Shown here: piece after piece, positions 1 through 14,193 of the stretch
Numbering within the stretch: position 1 is the stretch's first letter
Layout of the letters: every line of letters starts with the position of its first letter
DNA from: Laetmonice hystrix
Lineage: Eukaryota
DNA length: 64,000 bases
Reading direction: 5' to 3'
NCBI GenBank assembly: GCA_965235115.1
Contig: OZ249436.1
Location: forward strand, 17,796,001-17,860,000
Translations under genes and position numbers: made by a program
The notes under the pieces: generated by a model
Database searches by the model: none
What the model was told of the DNA's origin: nothing
Seen by the model: the letters and a program-made list of their open reading frames with translations, nothing else

Positions 1-1388
1 CACTGGTCTTGATGAGATAAAACAAGATGGGCTCAAAATGACCGCAGTGTATTGGTATGTGTGTACTATGACGTCAGTCACTCCCCACCGGGCTGCGCAG
101 CAGTCAATGTACCTAGAGAAATATATTATATATGACTTGTCGAGTTCAAACCAGAGAAATTCTTCACATTATTCATAGCATACACAGGTCTGCTTGAAAT
201 GCTAAGAAGCGGTTCTGCCTAGCAGGTGAACGTGATTGCTCTAACTTTCATGTTATGTAATGTTTGACATGTTTGTTCTTTACATTCAGCCTAGAGTGCA
301 TATCATATGTTTCTAATTTATGCTGTTGTGCTATCTGTATGTTCATAATTTGTCAGTGGAAATGACTTATTTATATTTGCCCCGAAAATGCGCTAAAATA
401 AGGAATGACATCAAGACAATACTGTTCTTTGGCAGTGCATTATTTATTGATATTTTAGTGGTATACCTTCAATTGCCTGCATGAATTTAATATCAGTATG
501 TGGAAAGAAATGTTGAGAAATAAGAAGATGGTAAATTTTTGGAAGTACCTCACTTGAAATGCGTAAAACCATGAGCATGGTGTTGTAGTGGTGAGTGAGG
601 GTTGGTTGGGTGGCTGTGCACCATTTTAGTTTGTGTGACCTGTACGCATAGAGCATATTGAACCGTGGCTCAGTAAGGGAAGGTGTGGAGTAGGCTCACC
701 TGCCCTTCACTGGGCCTCCTGGAACCTAGGTTGTCATGCCAACAAGGTCAGCTAGGTTTGTGTGAGAAATGCGCGTAGAATGCCGGCCATCGTGTGACCC
801 GGGCCGTGCGTGTGATGACGAGTAGTGTTTGAATCGTGGCCCACCTGCTTCTTGTCGCCACACTCAGCAACACCTGTCTAAAACACGTGCACAGCGCGGT
901 GGACCGGAGCGGGGGGGGGGGGGGGGGCGCTGTGAATCCACGCTCGTATCTTCACGATTGATTGAATCTCTATCGTGGGGTCGATATGTAAAGTTCACAA
1001 TGGGCGCCTTGCTGACGCTTGGAGGGGTACGTCTGTGTGGGGCGAGTAATGCAGACGAACATTTCTATACAGCAGGTATTTATCCTTCACACGCAAACGC
1101 ACACATTCAACCTCTGCGCCCGTTCAGACTGGGCCCTAATTTCGGCGGTGTGCATTGTTCACTTATAAACCAGATCACTCCTCCCCACCTGTCTGGTGCC
1201 TGGGTGAACGTCGGCTGAAATGCAAGGCCGTGTGGCCTGCCTGTTTGAACGGGCCATCGTGGTGTGGTCACCTGTAAGGGTTGTCATTTCTGGTGTTTTA
1301 CAAATAGCAGTCGTACCGCAAGGCCAGTGGCGTTGTAACGAAAACGGTTTTAACAGATTACAGAGTTAACGAAGGCGCCGTGAGCTGA

Positions 1389-1472
1389 TGTTCCCTAGGC
1401 GCCCGCCTGTGTTGTTCCCTAGGCGCCCGCCTGTGTTGTTCCCCAGGCGCCCGCCTGTGTTGTTCCCCAGGC
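1389..1472. repeat. 24-bp minisatellite, ~3.5 copies (TGTTCCCYAGGCGCCCGCCTGTGT)
   Basis: Direct tandem copies; explains the FPRRPPVL/GNNTGGRL ORF repeats. Confidence 0.95.
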
Positions 1473-2215
1473 CCCACTGGGAGGTGTTGTCGGCCTCAGC
1501 GTCCACCAAATGCCCTTGGCCGTGGGACGACGAGGGAGAGGAGGGGGCACTGAGTGACCTGCCGGGTGTACGGAGACGATGGAGGCAGTGAACAATATAT
1601 ACGCCCACCCATGTAAGCCGCCAAACGACCACTCGATTTCACCGAAAATAGTTCTAAAGTCGAAAGTCTGAGCTCAGCGTACCCTATAGCTGTGTTAAGT
1701 AACTCTCATGTGAATTGGAAAGCATGTTTTTTGTGAGTGATCGAAGCAGTTCCTATGTTGGTATTGAGATATTCTGGTCATTTATTATCCATGAGCGTTT
1801 TAAAACCAATTTGGATGCTAATAAAATTTTGCATGTTTTTTACAGAATCTACCTGAGTTTGGTGCTAGATTTGTTTTTCAGTTTCAGTCGGCTGGGCTGG
1901 TATGTGCTGCTTATCTATAGTCATTTAGCACGGTAGAATTCAATCCAAAGAACGGCTACACTTTAATATGATGCCATGCAGGGCAAGATCCTCCGAGAAA
2001 TATCTAATTTTTGACATTGTGACCGATGTCTGACAACATTTAGTAGATTGTCCCGTTTGTCCCATAAAAAAAACTACTTGGTTTATCCCATGGGCACACA
2101 GTAGCTCGACCCATGGGCTTCCGAAGTTCGACCTTCACATAAAATTCGCCCTAGAGATCTTACAATGTCCAACCCACTTCTCTCCGAGTTAAGATCGTAG
2201 TTCCACCTTGTACAA

Positions 2216-2640
2216 CAACAAATCCAACTGCTTGTCTTTAACCATTTGGTCCGTCTATGAATATACAACAAATCCAACTGCTTGTCTTTAACCATTTGGT
2301 CCACCGTCTATGAATATATACAACAAATCCAACTGCTTGTCTTTTAACCATTTGGTCCACCGTCTATGAATATACAACAAATCCAACTGCTTGTATTTTA
2401 ACCATTTGGTCCACCGTCTATGAATATACAACAAATCCAACTGCTTGTCTTTTAACCATTTGGTCCACCGTCTATGAATATACAACAAATCCAACTGCTT
2501 GTCTTTTAACCATTTGGTTCACCGTCTATGAATATACAACAAATCCAACTGCTTGTCTTTTAACCATTTGGTCCACCGTCTATGAATATACAACAAATCC
2601 AACTGCTTGTCTTTGAACCATTTGGTCCACCGTCTATGAA
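2216..2640. repeat. 54-bp minisatellite, ~8 copies
   Basis: Unit CAACAAATCCAACTGCTTGTCTTTTAACCATTTGGTCCACCGTCTATGAATATA repeated in tandem. Confidence 0.97.
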
Positions 2641-3385
2641 CATGTATTACCTTTAAATGTCGCCCCTAATACTTGTAACGCCCACGGCCGTATATTGCAT
2701 CAACATGACGGACTGATATGTCCCTAGCTGCCGTTATGTATCGTATATATATCATTATACCGCGCAGTGAGTGGCCGGCGTCGGGCACACACATATTGCA
2801 CCAAGCTGGACAATTTGGTCGTCTGGTAAATGTCAAGGGGGTGGGAGCCTGTACTCGTGGGAATGCGTCACAACTTTCATTCCCTTTTTATTGGTCTGCA
2901 AAATATTTACATTGTGACTCATTTCTTTAAGGGCAACTATCTCCGGGCTGTATACAAAGGGTAATGGTGAATATATTATACATTAGATATCCCGGTATCT
3001 ATACATCTAACAACATTCCCTCGTCCATCCAACGGCCACTACCATCACCATCACGAGTTATAAAATACAGACTCTAACTACTGGCCCAAAACCTAAGTCC
3101 AAATAGTAACAATCTTGGGGGCGTATGTTCCCCTTATCGAAGTTCTCAGAAAATAAATTTTAGCGAATTCACCAAGGAAACCTTGCCAGAAAAGTCAGTT
3201 ATGGAATTGAAAAACCTTTAACCAGGTCAAATTATATAGACCTATTATTACAGACAAGTAAAACAGGAACATATATAAGTGTAATTTTTGTATATATAGT
3301 AATATGCACATTTGGGCCCTAGTAGATCTACTGACGTTTCATCCCGTTCGCCGACTGATCCACACGTGCCTTTGGAATATTTGGT

Positions 3386-3672
3386 CACTGTGGATCAGAC
3401 GTTTCTGTCAATGGGATGAGATGGGGCGCCTTCCACTGTGGATCAGACGTTTCTGTCAATGGGATGAGATGGGGCGCCTTCCACTGTGGATCAGACGTTT
3501 CTGTCAATGGGATGAGATGGGACGCCTTTCACTGTGGATCAGACGTTTCTGTCAATGGGATGAAATGGGACGCCTTCCACTGTGGATCAGACGTTTCTGT
3601 CAATGGGATGAGATGGGACGCCTTCCACTGTGGATCAGACGTTTCTGTCAATGGGATGAGATGGGACGCCTT
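3386..3672. repeat. 48-bp minisatellite, 6 copies
   Basis: Unit CACTGTGGATCAGACGTTTCTGTCAATGGGATGAGATGGGRCGCCTTC. Confidence 0.97.
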
Positions 3673-4254
3673 TGGATACAGACTTATTAATCCCAACACC
3701 AACGTCCACCCCCAAAATATGTGTACGTCATTGAATCCGGAATCCGGACCGTACTGCCGTATGCTGACCGAAAACCGTACCATGTCCGCATAACGTCGCG
3801 AGAGGACGCACTGCCCTGTATTGTGTTCTCATGTCGAGGTGTCCATCCGGTTAACGTGACACCGTGGTGACCCGAAGGGTCGGAAGACTGACCCTACACT
3901 GAGCACTCCGGACTGTTCTCAAGTTGTTTTGGCGTCTGTATTCTCCACTGACCCCCACCCCGAACCCCAGCCCCACCCCCACCCCCGCGAATACCTGGGC
4001 CGGGAATGGGGTCCGGGTACAGATATAGTCAGGGTTGTAGGCCTATAACTCTGTAACTAGACGCTGGAGAGACTGGGAATGGTACACCAGAAGTCAGGAC
4101 GTGACGTCGATGGTCGCCAGACTGGACGTCGACGGGTCGCCACGGTCAGTCGATAAAATCGATCGTGTTCCGCTCGGAGAAAGGTTCAGCAGGAAGTCGG
4201 CCCTAGACGGACAGCCGTCGATTATACGAGACTTGAGCATCGACTCGCTCTCCG

Positions 4255-4497
4255 CTTGGGTAAAGGAATGTACAAATTGACCGGTCGCTAGTGGATGTAC
4301 ACATTAACCGGTCTCTCGTTGGGTAAAGGAATGTAGGCCTACACATGAACTTGGTCCGTGGTGGGGGAATGTACCAATTGAAAAGTCTGTGGTGGGGGGA
4401 AGGAATGTACAAATTGAATGTATAAGTTGGACGGTCTCTGGTTGGGTTAAGGAATGTACAAATTGGCCAGTCTCTAGTGGGATGAAGGAATTACAAA
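4255..4497. repeat. Degenerate ~40-bp tandem repeat (GGAATGTACAAATTG core)
   Basis: GGAATGTAC-like core recurs about 6 times with variable spacers. Confidence 0.75.
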
Positions 4498-4980
4498 ACG
4501 ATCTCCGGTGAAGTTAGTAGACCTAGTCATCCATCACTCAATGTCTGCCTAAAATCACATTGATGGACTTAATGTATGTAGAAATGCGGACAGTCTTGAT
4601 GTGGTTGCAGATACGGAGTGTCTCAGTGTCTGATCACAAATGTGCTTTGTCGTATTTAACCGCCTATGGTGGAGAGATTATGTAAATGGTCTCAGTACTT
4701 TCTTAGTACAGAGGACAGAAAGTTTGATATAGCTGGTACACGGGTGCTCGGATTTCCTGATCATTTGGTCGGAGAGACTTACATTATACAGATTGACTCT
4801 TCTAGTCTACAGTTTACAGTGTCTGAACAGGTTCACTCGGTAAACAGGCGATAATTACTTCAAAAGGCTAAGCCGAATCAATCTTGCCAAACAGTACCCG
4901 CCATATGGCATGCATATAACCTTTGTTCTGCCGACAGGACCTGCCATATGGTATATTGTTAATTCCCCAACATGAACACG

Positions 4981-5038
4981 GTAATGTATCATGGTAATGT
5001 ATCATGGTAATGTATCATGGTAATGTATCATGGTAATG
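4981..5038. repeat. 13-bp tandem repeat (GTAATGTATCATG), ~4.5 copies
   Basis: Direct inspection. Confidence 0.95.
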
Positions 5039-5222
5039 ACCATATTAGTTGATACAGTTTATCAAATCAAAGCCAGACGGATATTATTCCACGTGGCCCC
5101 GCCGGTAAATTGTAAATCCTCTTACGCTGTGTTTCCCCAGCGGCAGGGTAGCGTGTCGGGTCACCTCGTCGAGAGGACTTAAACACGACCACATTAAGCC
5201 TATAGCTGTGCCACTCCACAAT

Positions 5223-6003
5223 CGCCTCATCGCCACGTGTCTGGTAATCTTTCCACAATCTCATCCCCACGCCTCATCGCCACGTGTCTGGTAATCTTTC
5301 CACAATCTCATCCCCACGCCTCATCGCCACGTGTCTGGTAATCTTTCCACAATCTCATCCCCACGCCTCATCGCCACGTGTCTGGTAATCTTTCCACAAT
5401 CTCATCCCCACGCCTCATCGCCACGTGTCTGGTAATCTTTCCACAATCTCATCCCCACGCCTCATCGCCACGTGTCTGGTAATCTTTCCACAATCTCATC
5501 CCCACGCCTCATCGCCACGTGTCTGGTAATTCTGGTAATCTTTCCACAATCTCATCCCCACGCCTCATCGCCACGTGTCTGGTAATCTTTCCACAATCTC
5601 ATCCCCACACCTCATCGCCACGTGTCTGGTAATCTTTCCACAATCTCATCCCCACGCCTCATCGCCACGTGTCTGGTAATCTTTCCACAATCTCATCCCC
5701 ACGCCTCATCGCCACGTGTCTGGTAATCTTTCCAATCCCAGACCCACGCCTCACCGTCACGTGTCTGGTAATCTTTCCACAACCTCATCCCCACACCTCA
5801 TCGCCACGTGTCTGGTAATCTTTCCACAATCTCATCCCCACGCCTCATCGCCACGTGTCTGGTAATCTTTCCACAATCCCAGACCCACGCCTCATCGCCA
5901 CGTGTCTGGTAATCTTTCCACAATCTCATCCCCACGCCTCATCGCCAGGTTTCTAATAGTCTTTCCACAATCTCAGACCCACGCCACGCCGTCACACGTC
6001 TGG
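5223..6003. repeat. 47-bp minisatellite, ~16 copies, most with a CACGTG E-box
   Basis: Unit CCTCATCGCCACGTGTCTGGTAATCTTTCCACAATCTCATCCCCACG. Confidence 0.97.
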
Positions 6004-7280
6004 GAAGGCGTTCCCGACCCAAAGGTGTTTTTAAACGTTGGGACCCCCTGATTCATCGTTTTACATCTGGTAACTCCCGGCACGGCTCCTCGATTTTCCT
6101 GGTTTAGTCTCCGACAGGGCCGTCTGATTCTCTGTTTTAGTAACCCCTTCATGTCCCGCTTTTATTGCCCCTAGTCGCCCCCGTCCCCGTTTTATTCCCC
6201 CCGCCCCCTGATCTCCATTTATCGCCCCCAGACTCCCACTCCGACATGACACCATGAAGACGTGCGCCGTCTCGGCATGTTGAGATCAATACGCGCATGC
6301 CCAGACGCGCCGCCGCCTCAGCCCCGGCTTAGATTATCTCCCTAATTCAAGGAAGGATGTGATGGTTAATGTTACATCATGAACAAAACATGTTGGACTA
6401 GCGAATCTTGGTTCATTACACACCCAGACAAAGGGCATAGATTGCGCATGCTCATCATGTGCCCACACAAACCAAAGCCGCCGTGCAGTGCTCATTTCGG
6501 TAAGCTGACGTGATATATTATACTGTCGGTTTACGTGTGTATAATATATACAGGTGGCGGGGCGGCTGTGGGGGCTTAGATCTGGCATTCAGTACGAACA
6601 GTGCCAGCTTTAACTTGGAGGTAGTGTCGGTAAGGATTAAGACAACAGAAGTCGGTTGGACCACACGGAGATCAGGTTCGTGTGCCAATTGATCCTACTC
6701 CAATAAAAGGGCCCACAAGGCCCAACTACAGATCAAGGGGGTAATGCTGGTATTCAGATCTCGTTCTGGGAATAATGTGTGGTGGCATTCCGACCCCCAT
6801 CTTACCGACGTCGCTTCTCGTCAGTGAATGTCCCAGTCCTAAATAAATTCATCACCCAAGACCTAGTCATCACGGTACAGTCACAGAATACCGGCGGCTG
6901 CTTCCCTGCGATGGATGGTCCGACTGGCGATGGACCAAGAATACCTGGCCCTAAAACCAACTGACTGACTGTCCATCGCTGGTCGGACAGTCTGTCGCTG
7001 TTAGCGAAACGGTCCCCTTGTACTTAGTTCTCTTCAACAAACCAAGTCACTTTATTTGATGCATACACGGAGATACATTTGTTGATTCATCATGCCAATC
7101 AAACACGCCCATGCAAGAATGTTGGTTCATAATCAGTTACACACGGTGTATTATATGGCCAAACAATATCAGGACAATGCTGGTATACATGTGCAGTCGC
7201 GACTGGCAGCAAATCTACTCTTCAGATCTGTAAAACAATACCACAAACAAGATATCCGCAGTCAAGGCGACCACGCCTAC

Positions 7281-8407
7281 ATGGCACAAAACAGCCGGAA
7301 TGGGGTCCCACTCATGGCACGAAACGTCCGGAATGATGTGACACTGATGGCACAGAACAGGCAACTCTTCACTCACGGAATGACGTTACACTCATGGCAC
7401 AGAACAGGCAACTCCCCATTCATGGAATGATGTAACACGGATGGCACAGAACAGGCAACTCTCCACTCATGGAATGATGTGACACGGATGGCACAGAACA
7501 GGCAACTCCCCACTCATGGAATGATGTGACACGGATGGCACAGAACAGGCAACTCCCCACTCATGGAATGATGTGACAGTCATGGCACAGAACAGGCAAC
7601 TCCCCACTCATGGAATGATGTGACAGTCATGGCACAGAACAGGCAACTCCCCACTCACAGAATGATGTGACAGTCATGGCACAGAACAGGCAACTTCTCA
7701 CTCACGGAATGATGTTACACTTATGGCACAGAACAGGCAACTCCCCACTCACGGAATGACGTTACACTCATGGCACAGAACAGGCAACTCCCCACTCACA
7801 GAATGATGTGACAGTCATGGCACAGAACAGGCAACTTCTCACTCACGGAATGATGTTACACTTATGGCACAGAACAGGCAACTCCCCACTCACGGAATGA
7901 CGTTACACTCATGGCACAGAACAGGCAACTCCCCACTCATGGAATGATGTGACACGGATGGCACAGAACAGGCAACTCCCCACTCACAGAATGATGTGAC
8001 AGTCATGGCACAGAACAGGCAACTTCTCACTCACGGAATGATGTTACACTCATGGCACAAAACAACCAACTCTCCACTCACGGAATGATGTTACACTCAT
8101 GGCACAAAACAACAAACTCTCCACTCACGGAATGATGTTACACTCATGGCACAAAACAACGAACTCTCCACTCACGGAATGATGTTACACTCATGGCACA
8201 AAACAACCAACTCTCCACTCACGGAATGATGTTACACTCATGGCACAAAACAACCAACTCTCCACTCACGGAATGATGTGACAGTCATGGCACAAAACAA
8301 CCAACTCTCCACTCACGGAATGATGTTACACTCATGGCACAAAACAACGAACTCTCCACTCACGGAATGATGTTACACTCATGGCACAAAACAACCATCT
8401 CTCCACT
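7281..8407. repeat. 47-bp minisatellite, ~24 copies, two subfamilies
   Basis: Unit ATGGCACAGAACAGGCAACTCCCCACTCATGGAATGATGTGACACGG; 3' units switch to CAAAACAACCAACTCTCC. Confidence 0.97.
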
Positions 8408-8760
8408 ACAGGAATGCCGTGAGGGCGCAAACCATGGTCACAGCCAGGGAATGTCTGGTAACGAATATTTTTTTTAAAACTCAACAAGAGATCGTGATCC
8501 TTTAAGATAAAGTCTGCACCAAAACCAAACATCTATTTAGAAATAAAGTAAAAAAGATAGGTAGATTGTTCGGCTGCCAAGCATTTCCCAAATAACCGAG
8601 GTACAAATATAGTGTAGGTTGGTTGTACAACGGTGCCTACGTATGACTCAGCGAGCAAAGAGCGCTGAATACCGACGGCAATATGACATTCGAGCCCTGA
8701 GTCATAAACGAACATTACGGATGAGGAACATTATTCATCTTCTACCCGAAACAATCTTCC

Positions 8761-9381
8761 CTATAGTCAATGTACAGCAATGTTACCAACCTACCACAGT
8801 CTACAGTCAATATAATCAACCTACATCAGTCTACAGTCAATATAACCAACATACAGTCGTCTACAGTCAATGTACAACAATATAACCAACCTACAGCAGT
8901 CTACAGTCAATATACATCAATATAACCAACCTACAGCAGTCTACAGTCAATATATCCACATCTACAGCAGTCTACAGTCAATATATCCAACCTACAGCAG
9001 TCTACACTCAATGTACAACAATATAACCAACCTACAGCAGTCTACAGTCAATATTATAACCAACCTACAGCAGTCTACAGTCAATGTACAGCAACATAAC
9101 CACACCTACAGCAGTAAACAATAAATATACAGCCCTATAAACACGCTTACAGCAGTGTACAGTCAACATACAGCAGTATAAATACGCCTACAGCAGTCTA
9201 CAGCCAATATACAGCAATATAAACACATACAACAGTCTACAGTCAATATAACCACACCCACAGCAGTCTATAGTCAATATACAGCAATATAAACACACAT
9301 GCAGCAGTCTACAGTCAACATATAACAATATAACCACACCTACAGCAGTCTACACTCAATATACAACAATACAACCATACA
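8761..9381. repeat. Degenerate 30-40 bp minisatellite (CTACAGCAGTCTACAGTCAATAT core)
   Basis: Core recurs more than 15 times. Confidence 0.9.
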
Positions 9382-9652
9382 GTTTCAAGGGAGTCGCCGT
9401 TTTATTTTGAGAGAATGAGACCCTTTTAGTAACTTTGGGTAGGCCTATGAATGCACACACACACACACACACACTATAATTCGATGCTAGAATGAATGAT
9501 TTCGATAGCGTTATTATGTGTTATTCGAATATACAATATGTATATAAGGCGTCACCAAGCTCACAAAATTCCTCTGACTGGAGTATGTCTTTAATCAATA
9601 GCCACAGTAGGATTTGTAAACCTATAGCACCGCTCACCTGCACGGAACGCCA

Positions 9653-10154
9653 CTGGTGTAGGGAGAGACCACAAACTATGATTGTATGATGTTGTCTTAC
9701 ACAAGGATCTCCGGTGGTTCCTGGTGTAGAGAGAGACCACCAACTATGATTGTATGATGTTGTCTGACACAAGGACCTCCGGTGGTTCCTGGTGTAGGTA
9801 GAGACCACCAACTATGATTGTATGATGTTGTCAGAGTCTGACACAAGGACCTCCGGTGGTTCCTGGTGTAGGTAGAGACCACCAACTATGATTGTATGAT
9901 GTTGTCAGAGTCTGACACAAGGACCTCCGGTGGTTCCTGGTGTAGGGAGAGACCACAAACTATGATTGTATGATGTTGTCTGACACAAGGACCTCCAGTG
10001 GTTCCTGGTGTATGGAGAGAGCACCAACTATGATTGTATGATGTTGTCATAATCTGACACAAGGACCTCCGGCGGTTCCTGGTGTAGGGAGAGACCACCA
10101 ACTATGATTGTATGATGATGCCATAATCTGACACAAGGACCCCCAGTGGTTCCT
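9653..10154. repeat. ~66-75-bp minisatellite, ~7 copies
   Basis: CTGGTGTAGGGAGAGACCACCAACTATGATTGTATGATGTTGTC(AGAGTC)TGACACAAGGACCTCCGGTGGTTC. Confidence 0.95.
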
Positions 10155-10544
10155 CCATAGTAACTTCTACATGGAAGTTGGGGTAACTAAACTAAAACTG
10201 TACGTACTCGCTTGTCTTCAGACCTCAACAACAATCCCTATGCCTGACCTTACCTTGACCTTGACCCCTGCCCCAATCTTGCCATGGGTTACTTGTCTGA
10301 TTTGAGGAAGTTGAAACGCCGCACGATAAAGTGGCGTGTCCAGATTGAACAAACACAGAACGTCTTTGTTCGGTGTAGTTTTATTTCTTTGATATAGCGT
10401 ATGGTTTTGTTGTCACACACGCCCCCTTGCCGACCTGCCTTGCACGTGAAACGTTAAGTTGTACCTGAGCCAGCAAGGACGTGCTCTGACATGCACGTGT
10501 TGAACGTGTTGGCAGGGGTGTGCGGTGATACACACACAGAAGCA

Positions 10545-10885
10545 CAACCGCACGCCCTGAAACTTACTACAGTCACACACTCTGAAACTTACTACAACCG
10601 TACACCATGAAACTTACCACAACCACACGACTAAAACTTACGACAACCACACACCATTGAACTTGCCACAACCACACACCATGAAACTTACGACAACCAC
10701 ACGCCTGAAACTTACCACAACCACACACCATAAAACTTACCACAATCACACGCCTGAAACTTATCACAACCACACACCGTGAAAATTACCACATCCACAC
10801 GCCTGAACCTTATCACAACCACACACCATGAAAATTACCACAACCATACACCAGGAAACTTACCACAACCACAACCAGAAAATTG
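10545..10885. repeat. Degenerate ~24-26-bp minisatellite (ACCACACACCATGAAACTTACCACA)
   Basis: About 13 diverged copies. Confidence 0.9.
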
Positions 10886-11055
10886 AAGTGTAGGGCTAGG
10901 GATAGTGAAAGAGTTTTAATTCTTGGAGTCAGCGTCAAGCCACCCCATCCCCCCCCCCCCCCACACACACACCCGACCATAGAACCCCCCCCCCCCCGCC
11001 GCACCCCACCCCCGCCTCCACCCCCGACCCTACCTCAGAAATAACTATGTTAAAA

Positions 11056-11317
11056 CTGCTGGCAGTCAGTACGCACAGGAGACTGTCACTGCTGCTGGCA
11101 GTCCTGTAGTACGCACGGGAGACTGTCACTGCTGTTGGCAGTCCTGTAGTACGCACAGGAGACTGTCACTGCTGCTGGCAGTCCTGTAGTACGCACGGGA
11201 GACTGTCACTGCTGTTGGCAGTCCTGTAGTACGCACGGGAGACTGTCACTGCTGCTGGCAGTCCTGTAGTACGCACGGGAGACTGTCACTGCTGCTGGCA
11301 GTCCTGTAGTACGCACG
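11056..11317. repeat. 40-bp minisatellite, ~6.5 copies
   Basis: Unit GTACGCACRGGAGACTGTCACTGCTGYTGGCAGTCCTGTA. Confidence 0.97.
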
Positions 11318-12762
11318 TAGTTCTTTGATTTGAAAATTATCGTTTTATAGCTGTGTCTGAATTGCCCTTTAAAATACAGCCCTGCTTGGGAAGCAGAGAA
11401 AGCGCCTGTGTTCGTCAGGACTCGTACATGCTCATGCTTCATCTTACCGCAGGTAAATACTTGTAACACGAGTCGGTCCGGACTCCGGTCAAAGCGACTT
11501 GTAGTCGGCGGCCGTCCCATGGCATGCCGACGGCCCATAGCGGCTGACTGCCCGTTTTCTGTTCGTGGGCTCCAGGAGTAGTATATGGAAATGTTGGTTT
11601 GTGTCGGGGTTTGCGTGCAGGAGAGCAGGCTCCGTGAACCTTGGCTCAGTGGCCCAGGCAATACCTCATTCTGACGGTGGTCTCTTTATGACACGTAGGA
11701 GGGGAGGGGGCAGCACACAGACAGACTGACTGCTCTACTGTCGTGACATACCACAACACGGGACAGAAATCTTTAACGTCACTCGGCCCTAGCAGAACGT
11801 GCGGCAGTAATATAGGCAAGTCACTTACTGGCTCTGTGCACATGGGTTCACGCATGAGGAGGCTACCCACTCAGATGGGTGAAGGCTCAACCCATAATTG
11901 ATAAAAGATTAACCCATAATGGGGTACTCTCAGAACTAATCCGACAGGTGGCGCTGTCAGGAACTACGCCATGCAGTAGGCCTGGCTAGGCTTGGCTTAG
12001 CCTGGCTGGAGGCTCTGCTGAACCACACGTTAGCTTATCACAGATTGTGAGCATAGTAGCAACCATTAACAGAAGAAGCATCACGACATCGAGACATAGA
12101 AGATTGCCCTAAGTCTGAATAGACGAACTGAAGGTCTTTTAGCAGACTAGAAGTCTAGGCTATATTGAGGCACAATCAAATCACGTGGTCAAAACATTGA
12201 CCCTGCTAACTGCCGACAGTAGGCCTACCTTATGGGCGTAGACTAAAGATAATAGACAAGTCTTCAGTTCTGTACGAGGGGTATTTCATGAAATATCACA
12301 TTTCAGATACCTACGCCACGTTAGGTGTTCATTTGCATGTTATTCCAATAGTTACAAAAGTTGAAGTGACAGCTGGAACTCCGCCATTTTGAATGTGACG
12401 CTAGTCTAGGCTGATTGGTTCTGACAATAGGTCTAGCCTAGAACCGGTAACATTGATACAAATAATGGTTTTTAAAATTTTTGTCATCTTTTAAATTAGG
12501 TATCTTTTGATGTCGAAACCAAAAGAGACATATGTCTGCACTTTTCACGATGTCTGAATATTACAAACGACCCGAAAGAAGTGTAATCGTGGCTTGATGG
12601 CAGCCACCCTATCCTTTACAATAGCAACCTCGTTTTTGGATGGCTTAGTTGGTGGAAGCGCCACCTTCCGAGTGTTTTGGCGTATAGTACCCCATTAGTG
12701 AAGGCTCATCCAATAATTGGGGAAGGTTCATACAATAATTGGAGAAGGCTCAACCTAGAAAA

Positions 12763-12960
12763 CCTAACTCCTACCCAGGCCCCTCACTCTAACTCCTACC
12801 CCAGCTCCTAACTCTAACCCCGAGCCGGGCCACTAACTCTACCCTCAACCTATTCCGGCTCCTAACTCTAACTCATATCCCGTCTCCTAACTGTAACTCC
12901 TACCCCGGCTTCTAACTCTAACTCCTACCCCGGCTCCTAACTCTAACTCCTACCCCGGCC
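12763..12960. repeat. Degenerate telomere-like repeat (CTAACTCTAACTCCTACCCCGGCTC)
   Basis: CCTAAC/CTAACT-rich units of ~25 bp. Confidence 0.85.
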
Positions 12961-13771
12961 TCTCACGCCTCCATCGTCTAGGTCTAGACTACAAACCTCT
13001 GTATCGTGCCACGGTCGCCTATCTAAACGTTTCTTAATTCCAAACGCCCAGGTTGGCCCCTGGCCTCCTTACCAGTCGCATCTTATGGACATGTCGATGA
13101 GTAATGGGAATTGCCCGCCTTACGCCCACGCCAGATCACGGTAAGTTTGACTATCCTGTTAATCCTACCATACAGGTGTGTTTTTAATCTACTTGTATTA
13201 ATACGGCCTCTCCATGTGTGTTTTGTAGCGACGATTATCTCCCGCCTGGTATTCATGGTAATCCGTTGATCCCTTTCCTGTCGGCACCAGTCCCCCAGGT
13301 GTGATTCCCACGCCCCCGGACGCCGGGAGTGGCGTTTATTGTCGTTCAGGAGGACTGGCGTCCAGGAGGCACCCTTGTAACCAAGGTGTCCTCCACGAGG
13401 TTATCCTAGTGTTCACTTACTGGAGTAGCCTCTAGTCCCACCCGGAGGATCTATCACTCCATGCCCACCGCAAACATACAATGGTGGAACCAAATGGTCC
13501 TAAGGGATAAACGGGGTCAAGGTCGCTGACACAGCGGTTCGTCTCGATATGTCACGTGACCTATGTCAATTTATACTTATAGTTACCCTGAGAGGGGTGA
13601 TAGCTCTGAAATCAGGTCAATAAGGTCACTCGGCCACTCTCTTACTATCCCCCTGCATAGGTCGCTACAATTCATAAATATTTAAGTGGGCGTATAACAC
13701 ATAATGTAGGGGCTACATATTCTGTATGTATAGTACGTGTATTTACCCAGCATCACGCCCCCAGCTCACTA

Positions 13772-14142
13772 GCTGTCTCTGTCCCTGTGTATGTCTCTGC
13801 GTTTCTCTATGTCTCTCTGTGTCTGTCTCTGTGTCTGCCTCTGTGTCTGTCTCTGTGTCAGTCTCTGTCTCTGTGTCTGCCTTCTGTGTCTCTCTGTCTG
13901 TCTCTCTCTGTCCCTGTCCCTGTCTCTGCGTTTCTCTGTCACTCTGTGTCTCTGTCTGTCTCTGTGTCTAGCAGCTGCCTCTGTGTCTGTCTCTGTGTCA
14001 GTCTCTGTATCTGTCTCTGTGTCTGCCTTCTGTGTCTCTCTGTCTGTCTCTCTCTGTCCCTGTCCCTGTCTCTGCGTTTTTCTATGTCTCTCTGTGTACG
14101 TCTCTGTGTCTGTCTGTGTCTTTCTCGCTCTTTGTCTTTCTG

Positions 14143-14181
<39 letters not shown>

Positions 14182-14193
14182 CGCTCTCTCTGT
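13772..14193. repeat. Compound (TC)/(TG) microsatellite with an internal ~140-bp duplication
   Basis: Pyrimidine-rich dinucleotide tract; GCCTCTGTGTCTGTCTCTGTGTCAG occurs at ~13837 and ~13977. Confidence 0.95.
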
